The notes under the pieces are model-generated. The model made no database searches and was not told the origin of the DNA. It saw only the letters and a list, made by a program, of their open reading frames with translations. The position numbers and the translations under genes are program-made. A stretch of 64,000 bases of DNA, taken from NCBI RefSeq assembly GCF_018977255.1, contig NW_024704743.1:54748001-54812000 (forward strand). The letters are read 5' to 3'. Source of the stretch: Callorhinchus milii (lineage: Eukaryota). This document shows positions 51,775 through 64,000 of this stretch, piece after piece. Position 1 is the first letter of the stretch. Each line of letters begins with the position of its first letter.

Positions 51775-52610
51775 TTATGAATATTACAAGACCAAGAAGG
51801 GTTAATAAGAAGTTCCTTTGACCCATTGATCTCTTCCTTCCAGAACATCCATTTTACTGTCCATCCATCATAGCATCAAGAAACTTCTTAAACAAGTCCA
51901 GCATCCTAGCTCCCAAACATCCTTCCTGGTAAACCTTTCCAGTTGTGAATCACCCTCTGTAAAGAAATACTTCCTGAGGTCTGAGCTGATCCTAAACTTT
52001 GTTGTTCTGATATTTCTGAAATGATTGTTCTGGGTTTTCTTTGTCAATACCATTTAAAATCATATAGAAGATCCCTCTGGGAAGCTTTTCCTTAGGTTGA
52101 AAACCCCAATGTCTATTTATTACTCAAGCTGATTCCTCGAACACTGGGAATCATCCTTATTATTCTCGTCTTCACCATCTCTAGAGCCTGGGCAGCTTCC
52201 CCCACCCCCGTTCTCACAGCAATTAGAACTGTATTCAGTCATCCAGTTTCTTTTTTTATTGCTGTATCACACTGTTTTGACACCGTGAGTGATGAATCAA
52301 CTAAACACGCTTAGGCCTCTTTCAGCTTTTTTTTTTGCAAGTTCTATCCTATCCATCGTGCCTGTGTGCCTCCTATTTTTACTTCCTCTATCGTAACTTG
52401 CATTTGTCTGCACTGAACTTCAATTGCTAGTGATCAGTCCAGGTGCATACCTATCAAAATCTCTCTGCAACTTTAATTTCCTTTGATTCCAGTTTCCCCC
52501 AACTTGGTGTTATTTGTGAATTATCTACCTTTCACTAAGTCTGCAAATCCAAGTCATTAATGCATTCAAGGAACAGAAAACGTCCCAGTTCAGACCCCTG
52601 TGGGTGCCTC
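51775..52610 (-). mobile_element. Decayed CR1-like LINE fragment
   Basis: FRISSDLRKYFFTE-like ORF2 C-terminus, with RT remnants (cagacccctgtggg = PQGS on the minus strand). Confidence 0.6.
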
Positions 52611-53989
52611 AGGGATCTGTACTGGGATTCCCCCCATGATCCAGGTATACATTAATGTCTTGTCCTGTTAGTACATAAATTACCGCAGTTTAATTGTCAT
52701 GCTCCTCAAACCTCACCAACCTGAAACAACACATCAGTTACCATAGAGAAATCAGCAATTTAATTGAATCATGTACTCCTGTCAATGTGGAAAGGCCTTC
52801 TACTTTTATCATAATGCAAAGCTTACAAGCAAGAGGTTTGGTATTGCATTGTTAAACTCTTCAGAATTGTTATTATTATATCAGAATAGTATACAAACCT
52901 GGTGTAGAGTAAACCTGCATCTAAACTTATCCTGCTCTTCTTCCCCAATTTCTCAGCAATTCTTTCCTCCCTCAGCCTCACCCTCCGCATAAGCTCTCCA
53001 ACCCATATCCATTTAACAGATATGGCTGAAACACAAGACCTTGCCACCTCTAACATTAAATTACTGATAATTATTTTAAGATCACAATCTCTTACACAAT
53101 TAATATCCCTTGCCTGTCTCAAGTGGCTTCATTTTTTCCTTTTTTTCCCCAGCTTCCTTACCAACACGCCCAAATTTCCTCTCCTACAATTTGTCACCCT
53201 CCTGAACAGACCTCAGAGTCTCAATTGATCTACTTCCACATTGCCCATCCTTCACCTTCAACACCCTCATCCCCCTAAATTATAGATGGTCTCGAACCAC
53301 TGCTAATCCTTCAGGTACAATAATGTCCGATCTTCTGACTATCCTTGGGGGAGGGGGCTTCCCTCTGGTATTTGTATTCAGAGGTGTTGTGCTTCAGCTA
53401 ACTTTGATCGATACATGTTGTGACAGAAGAACCTTTGATACTTCATACATGATTGATCTCAGCAGTACAAGAAACCCTGGGTTGTTGATAATAAATGCTA
53501 AGTCCTCGTGAAAACCAGTTCTGGAATAAACCAGTACAGAAATGTCAAACATAATTTTATTTTCTCTTCTCTATTAGCATTCAAATATTCTTTCTACAAT
53601 GCAGAGTAATCCACCCAAGCTGTTTCCAAATGAAACTGTTTTAACTTTTAAATTAGGCAGAAACACAGTGATATTACTGCCAAGTGATACCATAGCTAAC
53701 CGCCTTAACACAATTGAACCTTAAGGAACACAAAACATGAAGAGAACCTGCACTGGGAGGCAAGCACAGAACTTGTCTGTGAGTTAAAGAATTATCCGCG
53801 ATAAGTGATTGAAAGAGTGATTGAGAGAGATGTGAAAAAGGCGCTGTGTAAATGTTACGTTGCGTTTCTGGAAGGGAAACACAAAAATATAGCTTATGCG
53901 GCCCGCAAATGTTTTTCAAATAGGGCATTCGGCTCTCAGCAGCAAAAAGGTTGGACCACCCTAGTCTAAGCCAAAAATCCGACACAGGG

Positions 53990-54300
53990 CTGGGGGTACA
54001 CTGCTCTGTTGGAAGTGCTATCATTTGACAGATGTTAAACCAGGTTCTTGTCTGCTTGTTCAAACAGATCCCATGGCACAATTTGAAAAGTGAAGGAAGT
54101 TTTACCTGGCCAACAATACCCCAGATAAAATTGGTCATTCGCTTCATGGTTCTTTGTGGGACACTGCTGTACATAAATGGGCTATTGCATTCGCCGCAAA
54201 TAAGCAGTCACTACATTTTACAACAATTCATGTGAAGAGCTTTGAGACATCCTCAGGACGTGAAAGGCTCCATGCCAATTACAAACATTATTATTACTAA
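53990..54300 (+). mobile_element. Older-family Deu-domain SINE
   Basis: gatgttaaaccagg, gatcccatggcacaatttg, tttgtgggacactgctgt and tail. Confidence 0.7.
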
Positions 54301-57300
54301 AACAAAATACATGAACTTTCCTGGTTAAAACATAAGCAACTACAACTAACTTGAATGAGAACAAAAAATTGACTAGTATACAAGACCAAGTCTGTATTGC
54401 AGTTGAGATGTCCCTCTGAGATGAAAGATACAATATAAATGTAAATTGTTGCTGTTGTCTCAAGCCTGCAATTGGCAGCAATCCAGACCTATTAGCTTCT
54501 CTACTCCTTTGAACTCGTACGCTCTTCATGAGAAGTCACTGACAGGAATATTAGCATTAACACAATTTACTTTATATGCCATCTCAAGTATTTGTTCTGT
54601 AAATATCACTTGGATCAGAATACATATTCTGAAATATTTTATCGGGGTTTAAAAAGTCAAGGAGTCATTAGCATATTATAAATAAATCTAGTGAACATAT
54701 ATTCAGATAACGCCATCCTCCTTAAAACCTGATGGCATTCAAAACAAAAATCAATCGACATAGGATTTAATTCTGTTGGTATAAGTGCATTACACACTTA
54801 AATTACCATGAAGTACTGAAATGCACTGTTGTGTAACTGTTAAGCATTTAAAAAATGCTCTTCTCAGTTAACAAATGGCAATAAGCACTCAGTGATGTCA
54901 AAGAACAAAGTACAAAGCCAAAATCTAGTTAAAACATACTGAGGCACAACTGAATTGTAATGTTTACAATTCAACTAATGCTTTTCTCCACCTTCACCAC
55001 ATTTCCCAACTCTTTCCCCATTTCAGACGAGCAACTGGTTACACCAAATGCAACCAACACAGCTGACAGCTTTGCCATCTCCAGACTAAATGTCTTCAAT
55101 ATCCTCCTAGCCAGCTTCCCACTCTACTTTGCAACAAGTCCAAAATTTAGCCACTTGTATCCTTACCTGCATCATTTACCCGTCACTCCCATTCTCGGCA
55201 GGTACCACTGGTTTACAGCACTACATAGCCTCTCACTTGGTTAACTAGACTTGAGTCTCTTTCACTCTCTCCACCCTACCACAGTAGAACATTCAGCCAC
55301 AATGCTCCTACCCCCACAACTCTCCTGAAATCCCACTGCTTTGCCCCACTTGCAGTCTTTAAAAGCCTCCTGAAAACCTACTTCTTTGACCATTTCTACT
55401 ATCTCCTCTTCCCCCCCACCCATACCTCCCCCAAGAAGATGTCCAGTAATGTCTCTGTGCAGCACTTTTGAGATGTTACCCTCCGTGAAAGGTACTATGG
55501 AAGAGTTAGTGCTGAACTTTTTTTTAAAATTCCTCTTACCCTAATTGAAATCCGTTGAGTAGAGGCATTATTGACAATATAACCAACATCAGTAAACTTT
55601 GTGGGAATAACAGCCACATGCTTTGCTGTGAGGTAACATTGTACACTGACATTGCTTTGACTGGGAAGTTGTAATTACCAGGTAGCTCATTGCAGTAATT
55701 ATCTAAAACCTCACAGTGTTCACCATGAGAATACTTTGATTTCCCTTGCCATTAACAAAATAAGATTAAACTAGTTTACTGTGAACCAAATCAATTAGAT
55801 GTACAATTTATAACCTGTACTTTGAACACACGCTTCTAAACAAAATAAAAATCGGATCATTCTTGTAAGAAACCCCATTTATGCAACATCTGAAGCTCTA
55901 CAAGTGCAATTGTTTGCTCCTCTTAACTGAATGAAAACCTTGTGATCCTATTCAATTAGTGTATGCTCCAATTGAGAGTTCTGAATAAAAATGTACCCCT
56001 GCACCACCTTACAACCTGTCCAGCCTCACCTTCTCTGTAATAATAGGCACTCCACTATTATCAAAGATCAGGAAAAACAATTTCTCTGTGGGACGATTTG
56101 TATTCACATTGCTTTATTGCTGGTTCTATGAATCTCTGGGCCTACATTCATGGCACACCCAGTCTATTTTTTTTTAATTTGGAGTTAGCTTGGCATTTGT
56201 TTGGTGCAAAACATGACCTAGTCCAGCCTAAACTAAAAAGGTTGCTCTCTCATTAAGTTTTCAACATGCCCATCAGTAAAGATGAAACAAAACTCACAAA
56301 CACCCTTTGAATTTTATGCCAGCACCATCAACAGCAACATATGCATCCAAGGCAGTACAATCATGTTCATCTGAAGAATATTTTCCTCAGACTACTAGGA
56401 CATCAACCTGCAATCACTGCAGAAATCAAAGGGCTTCATGAACAGAACAGTTTGGTTAAGGGTGATAACCTGGTCAGTCTATCCCAACACACTGTATGGT
56501 TTTCCAGGAGTATTGAAGAGCACCCAGTATCAGACCATAATCCCTTTCTGTACAACAACTTGTTTGGTTCTGTAACCAAACTCTGGGTGCTAACGCAGGC
56601 TCACATGGCTCATCCAGTTTATTTTCTAACAAGACAACAAACAAAAACCTTCACAAGCAAAGTAAAATTACTTGGGAGAGGAAATCAATGTAACACACGT
56701 ATTACATTGTAATAATGTATTGCATAGTGCTGTTCACATCAAGAGGATATCTCAAAGCGCTAAACAAAAAAGAATGGTCAAAGAAGTACATACTTAAGTC
56801 AACTTGAATGAGATGGTGGAGGGAGTCAGAGGGACTCTGATAAATAAAGTCCAAGAGATAATGACCCGAAATAATGAAGAGCCACCAACTGATGGAATTC
56901 TAAATGTCTTTGGAGAAGCGGTGCGGCAAAAGAATATCTGATACTCAATTCTACGTTCTGCCAGATTGAAAGTCAAGTAAACTGAATCCCACTGCCTTAC
57001 TACTTTCACCTCCTGGGAATCATCAGGGCAGCTGATTCACTACCCATACAACCTCATACTGGTCCTCCATGGGGCATAAGCAGACCCAGTGATGAAATGG
57101 GGCCTGTTCTGTGGCAACTGAAAAGGTAATTTACAGAGAGATTTATTGAAATTGTCTGCATGCTGCTGCTCCATAAGGACAAACACTTTGCCAAAACCAA
57201 ATCTTTAATTGCTAAAAGATCTTTAACCACCAGTTTTCATTCTTGTTTTGAGGCTCTATTTATCAATATTATTTCACCCACAAAATATAGTCAATTCACT

Positions 57301-57689
57301 TTACAGTATATTCTGTGAAGCCCTTTGAAACGTCTCAAAGACATGATAAGGCGCTATATCAAATGCAGGATTATTTTTATTATTATTTACAGAGGGTTGT
57401 TCATCTGTTTTACTGTTCATTGGAGTAGAAATGAGGGTTGAGCCGGTCTGTTTGTCCTTTTGGACAAAGTTCAATGTATAATTATAAAATGCTATTTGAA
57501 TGAAATGTCTAAGCTCTTTTTTTAAAAAAATACAATACCTTGCACTTGCAGTCACAGCTTGCTACCCCATTTGCTCCATTAGTGAAGTGCCATGACAGGC
57601 TCATTTCAAGTATAGTCAAAAGCACACCAACTACCTCATGTCCACTTATCCATATCAGTCTCCAAAACGCAAGTATATGCAAAAAAGTC

Positions 57690-58730
57690 ATTGCTTCCCA
57701 GCTTCGCTCCTTCCTCTACTGCCACTCCTTTCACAAGTCCCTCCAATCGGGTTTCCGTGCTGCTCACATGGAGTCAACTTCCACATGTACGCGGATGACA
57801 ACCAACTCCAGCTCTCTGTCTCCACCCTCGATTCCAGGACAACTACGTTCTGACAGAGTCTGACATCAAGTTTTGGATGACAGCCAACTTTCTACAGCTG
57901 AATGTCAGCAAGACTGAGGCCCTCCTGATTGACTCCCGCCAGCGCCTCCACACCTCAGGCACCAGCAGCATCAGCATCCACGGTTGCACACTCCAGCTCA
58001 CCAAGCCAGCTAGGAACCTGGGCATCTTTTTCGACCCTCAACTGTCCTTTCTTATCCATATCCGTGTCATAACCCGATCTGCCTTCCCCATCTCCGCAAC
58101 ATTGCCAGACTTCGCTACTGCCTCACCCGTCAGGATGCTGAAACCCTCATACACGCATTTGTCACCTCAAGGCTCGACTATGGAAACTCCCTCCTTATCG
58201 GTCTCCCCAACTCTTCCCTCCACAAGCTGCAGATTATCCAAAACTCTGCAGCTTGTGTCCTCTCTGGCACCAGACTCAGTGATCCCATCACCCCCACCCT
58301 CAGCCCAGCTCCACTGGTTCCCCATCCCTCAGAGGATAGAATTCAAAATCCTCATTTTCACTTTCAATGCCCTCCACAGCCTTGCCCCCTCCTACATCTC
58401 TGACCTGCTGACTCCCTATCAGCCTGTCCTCTCCCTCCACTCAGAAGGCTCCGGCCTGCTCCAGGTTTCCCGCCCGACCCACCCTACCATTGGCGGCTTT
58501 CAGCCTCTCTGCCCCCACTGTTTGGAATTCCATCCTATAATCGCTTCGTCTTGCTCCCTCTCTTGCCTCCTTCAAGGCCTTTTTGACCATGCCTTCGGCC
58601 GCCCTCCTAACCCCTCTGCCATCCTCATCCCAACCCTGCCCCTCACACTCGGGTCCTGAATCCCTGACTGTTCAGACATCCTCCCAATGGAAAGGCACTT
58701 TAAAAATGCAATTTTGCTGTTGTTGTTGTT
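57690..58730 (+). mobile_element. L2 LINE fragment (RT YADD to 3' tail, internally deleted)
   Basis: FHMYADDNQL, NFLQLNVSKTEALL, RNLGIFFDPQLSF, LHWFPIPQRIEFKIL and a (TTG)n tail. Confidence 0.9.
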
Positions 58731-58734
58731 TTCC

Positions 58735-59372
58735 TGTCTGCCTGTTCACGTGGACATTAAACATCCCATGGCACTATTTGAAAAGAGAATGTGGTTTCTT
58801 CCACTGTCCAGGCCAACAAATCCCCGAAATAAAATTGGTCACTCGTTCCATGAAACTGGTTGCTGTGTTTCACCTACAAAATGCACAGTCAATCCACTTT
58901 ACAGTATATCCCATGAAGTGCTTTGAGACGTGCCCATGAAGTGATACTACATTATATCGAATGCAAGGATTATTAGTATTATTATTACTTCAAAACACTT
59001 CACAGGATTTTCCTGTGAAGTGCAGCAACTGTATTTTGTATGTAGGTAACTTGGCAGCCAATATGCGTTGGCTATCCTTCTGTTAAACAGCCATGAAGTG
59101 AATTAATAATTTTGATTGGGGATTGATTGGACAGGATACCGGGAAAAACTCCCTTCTCTTTTTTCAAAATAAAGCCACAGGATCTTTAACATCCATCTGA
59201 ACAGGTAAACGGAACATCAATTTAATGTCTCATTTGAAGGACAGCAATACAACACCCCCCAAGCACTGCACTGGAGTATCAACTGGTAGGAGTTCAACTC
59301 TGGACATGGGGCTGGAACCTAAAACATTCTGACTCCAAGACTTAAGTCCTACCAACTGACCTGATTGACATT
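58735..59372. mobile_element. Tail-to-tail SINE pair (+ about 58735-58990; - about 58990-59372)
   Basis: Older-family body and tail on +, followed by a reverse copy with a tRNA-like head at about 59305-59372. Confidence 0.7.
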
Positions 59373-61297
59373 GAATGTCAGAAAGGAGAGAAAATACTAT
59401 AAAGAGAGAAGGTTGACATAATGTGGTTTTACAGCAACAGTAAAACTCCCACTGAAAACATTTTTGGTGAATGATTCGCTCTACTGTAGTAGAAAAAAAG
59501 GGAGTCAAAAACATCTTTTCCTTTTTTCAAGAGGAGGAAAAGACAGATACTGCCTTCCTCCAGGAGACCAAGCTGCCTCCCTTGGGAGTATGAAAAGTTC
59601 CAACAGAACTGGGTAAATCATCCATCTTAGCATAATTTTTCTCTCTCTTCAGAAGTCCACAGTTCCTCTTTTGTCTGGGAATGTTTTACTCATTTTCTGC
59701 AAATTAATTGCATTCTTGCGATATGACCGACCTTCCCATGGGAAAGAATCAATCTATTCGGGAAGATTATCACCTATGCCTCCAGCAAAAACAAAGGCTC
59801 TGCAGGACTAAATGGAACAGTGAAATTGAGACCTCAGATCTCTACATAGGCCTCTAGATCTTCAGAAGTGTTACTGTCTACAGAATGCCAGAATAGGAAT
59901 TTGATTCTCCTCACTTCTGAAGCTAAACATCTGCTCTACTTTAATAATGCCTATTCTTACAAGCACAGAGACAAGCCAAAGCACAACTCCTCAACACTCC
60001 AGCTGGTTTCTATATAAAAAGTCTCTCCCCTGAATTGGTCCAACTGTCCTTATATTGTTGACTAAAATGAACTAGGCTTTGCACTGTTTCCTCATGGGAA
60101 CCCTATTTAAATAGGTGAGAGAGCAAACATTTGATTTAAGGGACAGTCTGCAATTGTCAGCTTATCATGAACTTACTCATCATCACTTTACCCAATGCCT
60201 ATATTTTCTTTTATATATGCAGGCAAGCTGCTGCTAAAATATAATCATGACTTCTATTTTTAGAAAAGGCTATAGTATTACACTTGGGAGAGCTCCGAGA
60301 AATGAGGATACAAGTATAAAGTGAAGACACTTTAACATTAAAGAAACCAAATCCACTCCTGACACTTGTACAAAGGCTATCCACTCTCTCATACTCAAAA
60401 ATGTCAACCCTCTTCTCTTGACTGTGCCTTCTATCTCCCTATTACATTGTGATTTTAAAATCCACCCATATTAGTCAGGTTTCATCAGCAGCAACCATTC
60501 CAAAGGGATTCTTCAATATTATCCATGAGTCGAGTTCGATCCATTGGATGAATCCTGCTTGGTATTTTCCCTGGATGCTCCTTAGAGCAGCATTAGGAAG
60601 ATACTGGATACACAAAGATCTTTATCCATTTTTACTTTATACTTCTGTTGACAATTAAAGACAACACAATCCCTCAAATCAATTTAAATAGACCCATCAG
60701 GGAACAGTGCAACACCCAATTCTTTTCAGTAAATAGACCCAACTTCTAAAGGAATTCTCATCAACTGAATAACTCCTCCATTGTGTTTGTAAATCCAGGT
60801 TAAATTGCAACTCAGACTTAATGCCGAATACTGGATCCTCATGTCACATGAGCTGATTTTCACTTCTCCAGACACGAACTAGCTGCCTCTGAACAAAAGC
60901 ACATTTCCTTTACAGAAAGATACACTCAGTCCATGGGGCCATTTCAGATAACAGAGTGAGGGCATTATGGATTACACAGCAGGCATTTCACCACTGGGGC
61001 CTCAGAGGTTAAATCAAGGTCCAACTGAAAGGTGGAAGTGTCTAATTGGATTGCTGTTGCACCTACAAATGAATATGAAATGGGGGGTGGGGGCGAGTGA
61101 AGTAAATTGCCCACTGGTTATTCTGCAAAAACAAACAACCTGACCATTCCATACCACAGTCGTGCTGCTATACTGACATTGCAATTCACAGCATTTTCCA
61201 AAAACAGTTCCATTCACAGAATTACAACTCCATTCTGACTTCTTAAATACACTTATATGAACCATTTTAATGAAGGAATCTTAATAAACAAATCAGA

Positions 61298-62190
61298 GAA
61301 TCATAGAATATTACAGCACAGAAGGAGGACATTCGGCCCATCTTGCTGTAATGCCGGCTGTTTGGAAGAGCAACCCAATCAGTCTCACTCCCCCGCTATT
61401 TCTCCATGTCCTTGCAAATGTTTCCTTTTCAAGTATCTATCCAATTCCCTTTTGAAAGTTGTTAATGAATCTGTTTCTGCCACCCTTTCAGGCAGTGCAT
61501 TCCAGACTTTAACAACTCTCTCTGTAAAAACAACTTCTCCTCATCTACCCTCCGGTTCTTTTGCCAATTATCTGCCAATGGAAACAGTTTCTCCCTATCT
61601 GCTCTATCAAAATCCCTCATAATTTTGAACACCTCTGTTAATCCCTTAATCTTCTCTCTCTCCCTATTTATCTCTCCCTATCTCTCTCACTCTCTCCCTC
61701 TCTATCCCTCTCTCCACATAACTCCCTCATGCCGGGAACCATTCTGGTAAATCTTCTCTGCGTCCTCTCCAAGGCTTTGTATCCTTCCTATAGTGTGGTG
61801 CCCAGAATTGGACACAATACTCCAGCAGAGGCCTAACCAGTGACTTACAAAGGTTTAGCAGAATTCCTTGCTTTTGTACTCTATGCCTCTATTCAAAAAG
61901 CCGAGGATCCCAAATGCTTTTTTAACAGCTCTATCAACCTGTCCTGCCACCTTCAAAGATCCGTGTATGTGAACCCCAGGGTTTCTCTGCTCCTGTACCC
62001 ACCTTTAAAACTGTACCAATTAGTGTATATTGCCTCTCCACATTCTTCCTCACATCACACTTCTCTGCATTAAACTTCACCTGCCATGTGTCTGCCCATT
62101 TTACCAGTTATCGATGTCCTCCTGCAGTCTGCTACCATCCTCCTCACTGTTTACTACATTTCGAGGTTTTGTGTCATTTACAAACTTTAG
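61298..62190 (-). mobile_element. CR1 LINE 3' fragment
   Basis: gaatcatagaat terminus and cccagaattggacacaatactccagcagaggcctaaccag (= LVRPLLEYCVQFWAP on the minus strand). Confidence 0.88.
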
Positions 62191-62899
62191 AACATTGCTC
62201 TCTATACTCAAGTACTATATTTTTCCCTAATTCCATGACCACCAAAAATTATCCATACATTTTTGATCAACAGTAACATAAAGGATTTTATTATTAGTCG
62301 TGTCATTGCTGAGAGCATTCCACACCCATCAATTCCTTTACCAAACAGCAGACATAAAAAACAGACGATCCTTTATTCACCTTATCTAACCTATCACGAT
62401 GATCAAAAGATGAATGAGAGATCCTCTGATGGCCTCGCTACTGGAACCGCGTTAAGTCCTGTGCAATAATAAGCCGTTTAGGACACAAGGTCACAGGTTT
62501 ATTTCCCGGATTGTGCTGAGTTATCTGATTTGAATTAAAATGCTTAGTCTCTCCGGTCGAGGAGGGGAGCAAGAGAAAGTTGAGGGTGGGGAAATTCTGC
62601 AAAATTTTACACTTCTAACAACCCCGCTGGAAACACGCGCGCGGACTCAAGAGGAACCAAGCTTGGCCAATACCCGCTGTCACTGGCTACCCAAGTTCCC
62701 GCATGAAGGAACAGTGTGGAGAAACCGGAGCGCACCCAACCCACCAAACTTTGGGCAAGGAGTCATCATCCCCTCAGAGAGAGGGGATTGATGAGGCCCG
62801 AGGAGGGAGGGTGGGCCGTGAGGAGAAGGGGATTTACTTTCTTCAATGTTTAGCTTCAATAAATTTTTTTTAAAAATGAATGAATGAAATCTCACAATG

Positions 62900-63045
62900 A
62901 CGGGAGGCGGTGGTGGCGGTGGGGGGGGGGGTGGGGGTGGGGGGGCGGTGGTGGGGGTGGTGGGTGGTGGCGGTGGGGGGGGAGGCGGTGGTGGCGGTGG
63001 GGGGGGGGNNNNNNNNNNNNNNNNNNNNNNNNNGGTGGGGGGGGT
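62900..63045. repeat. G-run tract with an assembly gap (N at 63009-63033)
   Basis: (GGT/GGC/Gn) repeats with G-quadruplex potential; 25 N. Confidence 0.9.
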
Positions 63046-63279
63046 TTGCAGTAACCACAGCACCTGACAGTGACAGATCCCAGACACAGCGTTGTGCGAT
63101 GTTGCCGCTGATGCCTCATTTTCTTTTTAAAAAATTGAATCCTGCGAAAACGTTGCGTGGTCCCGAACCCCCCACCGCGAAAGCTTTTTTTTCAAAATCC
63201 CCCCCCCCACGGTTTCAAAGAGCAACGGCCTAAATGGACCGCTCCCGCTGCCCCTCTTTGCCCACAGGGAGCCACGTAC

Positions 63280-63377
63280 GGTGCCGGGCTGGTGCCGGGC
63301 TGGTGCTGGGCTGGTGCTGGGCTGGGCTGGTGCCGGGCTGGTGCTGGGCTGGTGCTGGGCTGGGCTGGTGCCGGGCT
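63280..63377. repeat. 11-bp minisatellite GGTGCYGGGCT with occasional GGGCT inserts
   Basis: Directly visible. Confidence 0.9.
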
Positions 63378-63657
63378 GCACCCCCGCGGCGGTCATCCCC
63401 GACAGCTGTCAGGCTGTCAGGGCCCCGCGGAGGGCCGGAGGGCCGGAGGGCGGGAGGGAGATGGCGGCTGCTGTCACCGCGGCTCTGACTGGCGGGGGCG
63501 CGGCTCACGGACAAAAGGCAAAGCGGCGTCGCTGCCCTCTCGCCCCCGAGCCCGAGCCCCGGGGCCGTCTCCCTCACACACACACACACACACAGGGCGG
63601 CCGCGGGGCCTCTCCCCGCCCGGGGCCGCGCTCTCTCTCTCTCTCTCTCTCTCTCAC

Positions 63658-63900
63658 CTCTTTGCTCATCGTTCCCACACGGACACGGTGGCTGTCAGGT
63701 CGCGGTGCCAACGGGTTTATCGCGAGCTCATGCCCGCGGCGGCCGGGGGGGGGTGGGGGTGGGGGGGTGAGCCCTCTCTCTCTCGCTCTCTCTCTCTCTC
63801 CCTGTTGTGACTGTGTGACGAGCCGCCGGGATCGCCGCCGCCGTTCCCACCCGTTACTCGGTCAGCAACAAAGCTCCCGCCGCCATCTTGACGGCAGACG
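63658..63900 (-). other. Candidate first exon of an unidentified transcript
   Basis: Lies downstream of the promoter motifs and ends ATG AGC AAA GAG|gtgaga (donor at 63657). The TSS position is approximate. Confidence 0.5.
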
Positions 63901-63985
63901 TCGCTCCTGTCACTCAGGCCGCCGCGCGCTCCCCATTGGGCGAGGGAGGCCGAGGGGCGGAGCCTCGCCGGGAGCGCGCGCATCG
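63879..63985 (-). promoter_or_regulatory. TATA-less promoter motifs: GC box, CCAAT box, YY1 site
   Basis: GGGGCGGAGC at 63954-63963, ATTGG at 63935-63939 (CCAAT on -) and GCCGCCATCTTG at 63879-63890 (CAAGATGGCGGC on -). The order fits minus-strand transcription. Confidence 0.7.
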
Positions 63986-64000
63986 CACCTCGGTTAGACG

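Larger units (their letters stand above)
62620..64000. promoter_or_regulatory. CpG island
   Basis: Abrupt rise in GC and CpG content relative to the CpG-poor surroundings; runs off the window edge. Confidence 0.85.

Noticed and set aside
44800..57130. Several minus-strand AG...GT-bounded segments (about 44808-44900, 49031-49090, 57010-57117) as coding exons
   Set aside because: They contain stops or translate to nothing I recognise; they cannot be supported without transcript data.
57610..57638. let-7-like sequence on the minus strand (TGAGGTAGTTGGTGTGCTTTTGACTATAC)
   Set aside because: There is no loop or complementary 3p arm, so no precursor hairpin. As a target site it lies on + outside any supported transcript.

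Overview
Vertebrate genomic DNA, most likely from a cartilaginous fish and possibly a chimaera (inferred from the SINE/LINE content, not proven). 239-8758 (+) holds the last three coding exons of MACC1 (ZU5/UPA, SH3 and death-domain regions), followed by a probable 3' UTR to about 11.3 kb. The rest is non-coding and dense in tRNA-derived SINEs and L2/CR1 LINE fragments. Two things stand out. (1) 25789-38929 is a recent head-to-tail triplication of a 4.1-4.7 kb unit, bounded by a 49-bp direct repeat. It contains three hypervariable satellites, a hairpin-rich junction and signs that copy 3 may be an assembly-consensus chimera. (2) The window ends in a CpG-island promoter and candidate first exon of an unidentified minus-strand transcript that points towards MACC1; I found no recognisable coding exons for it. 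I see no prokaryotic-type system (CRISPR, operon or defence locus), and no novel protein-coding system can be supported from this sequence.
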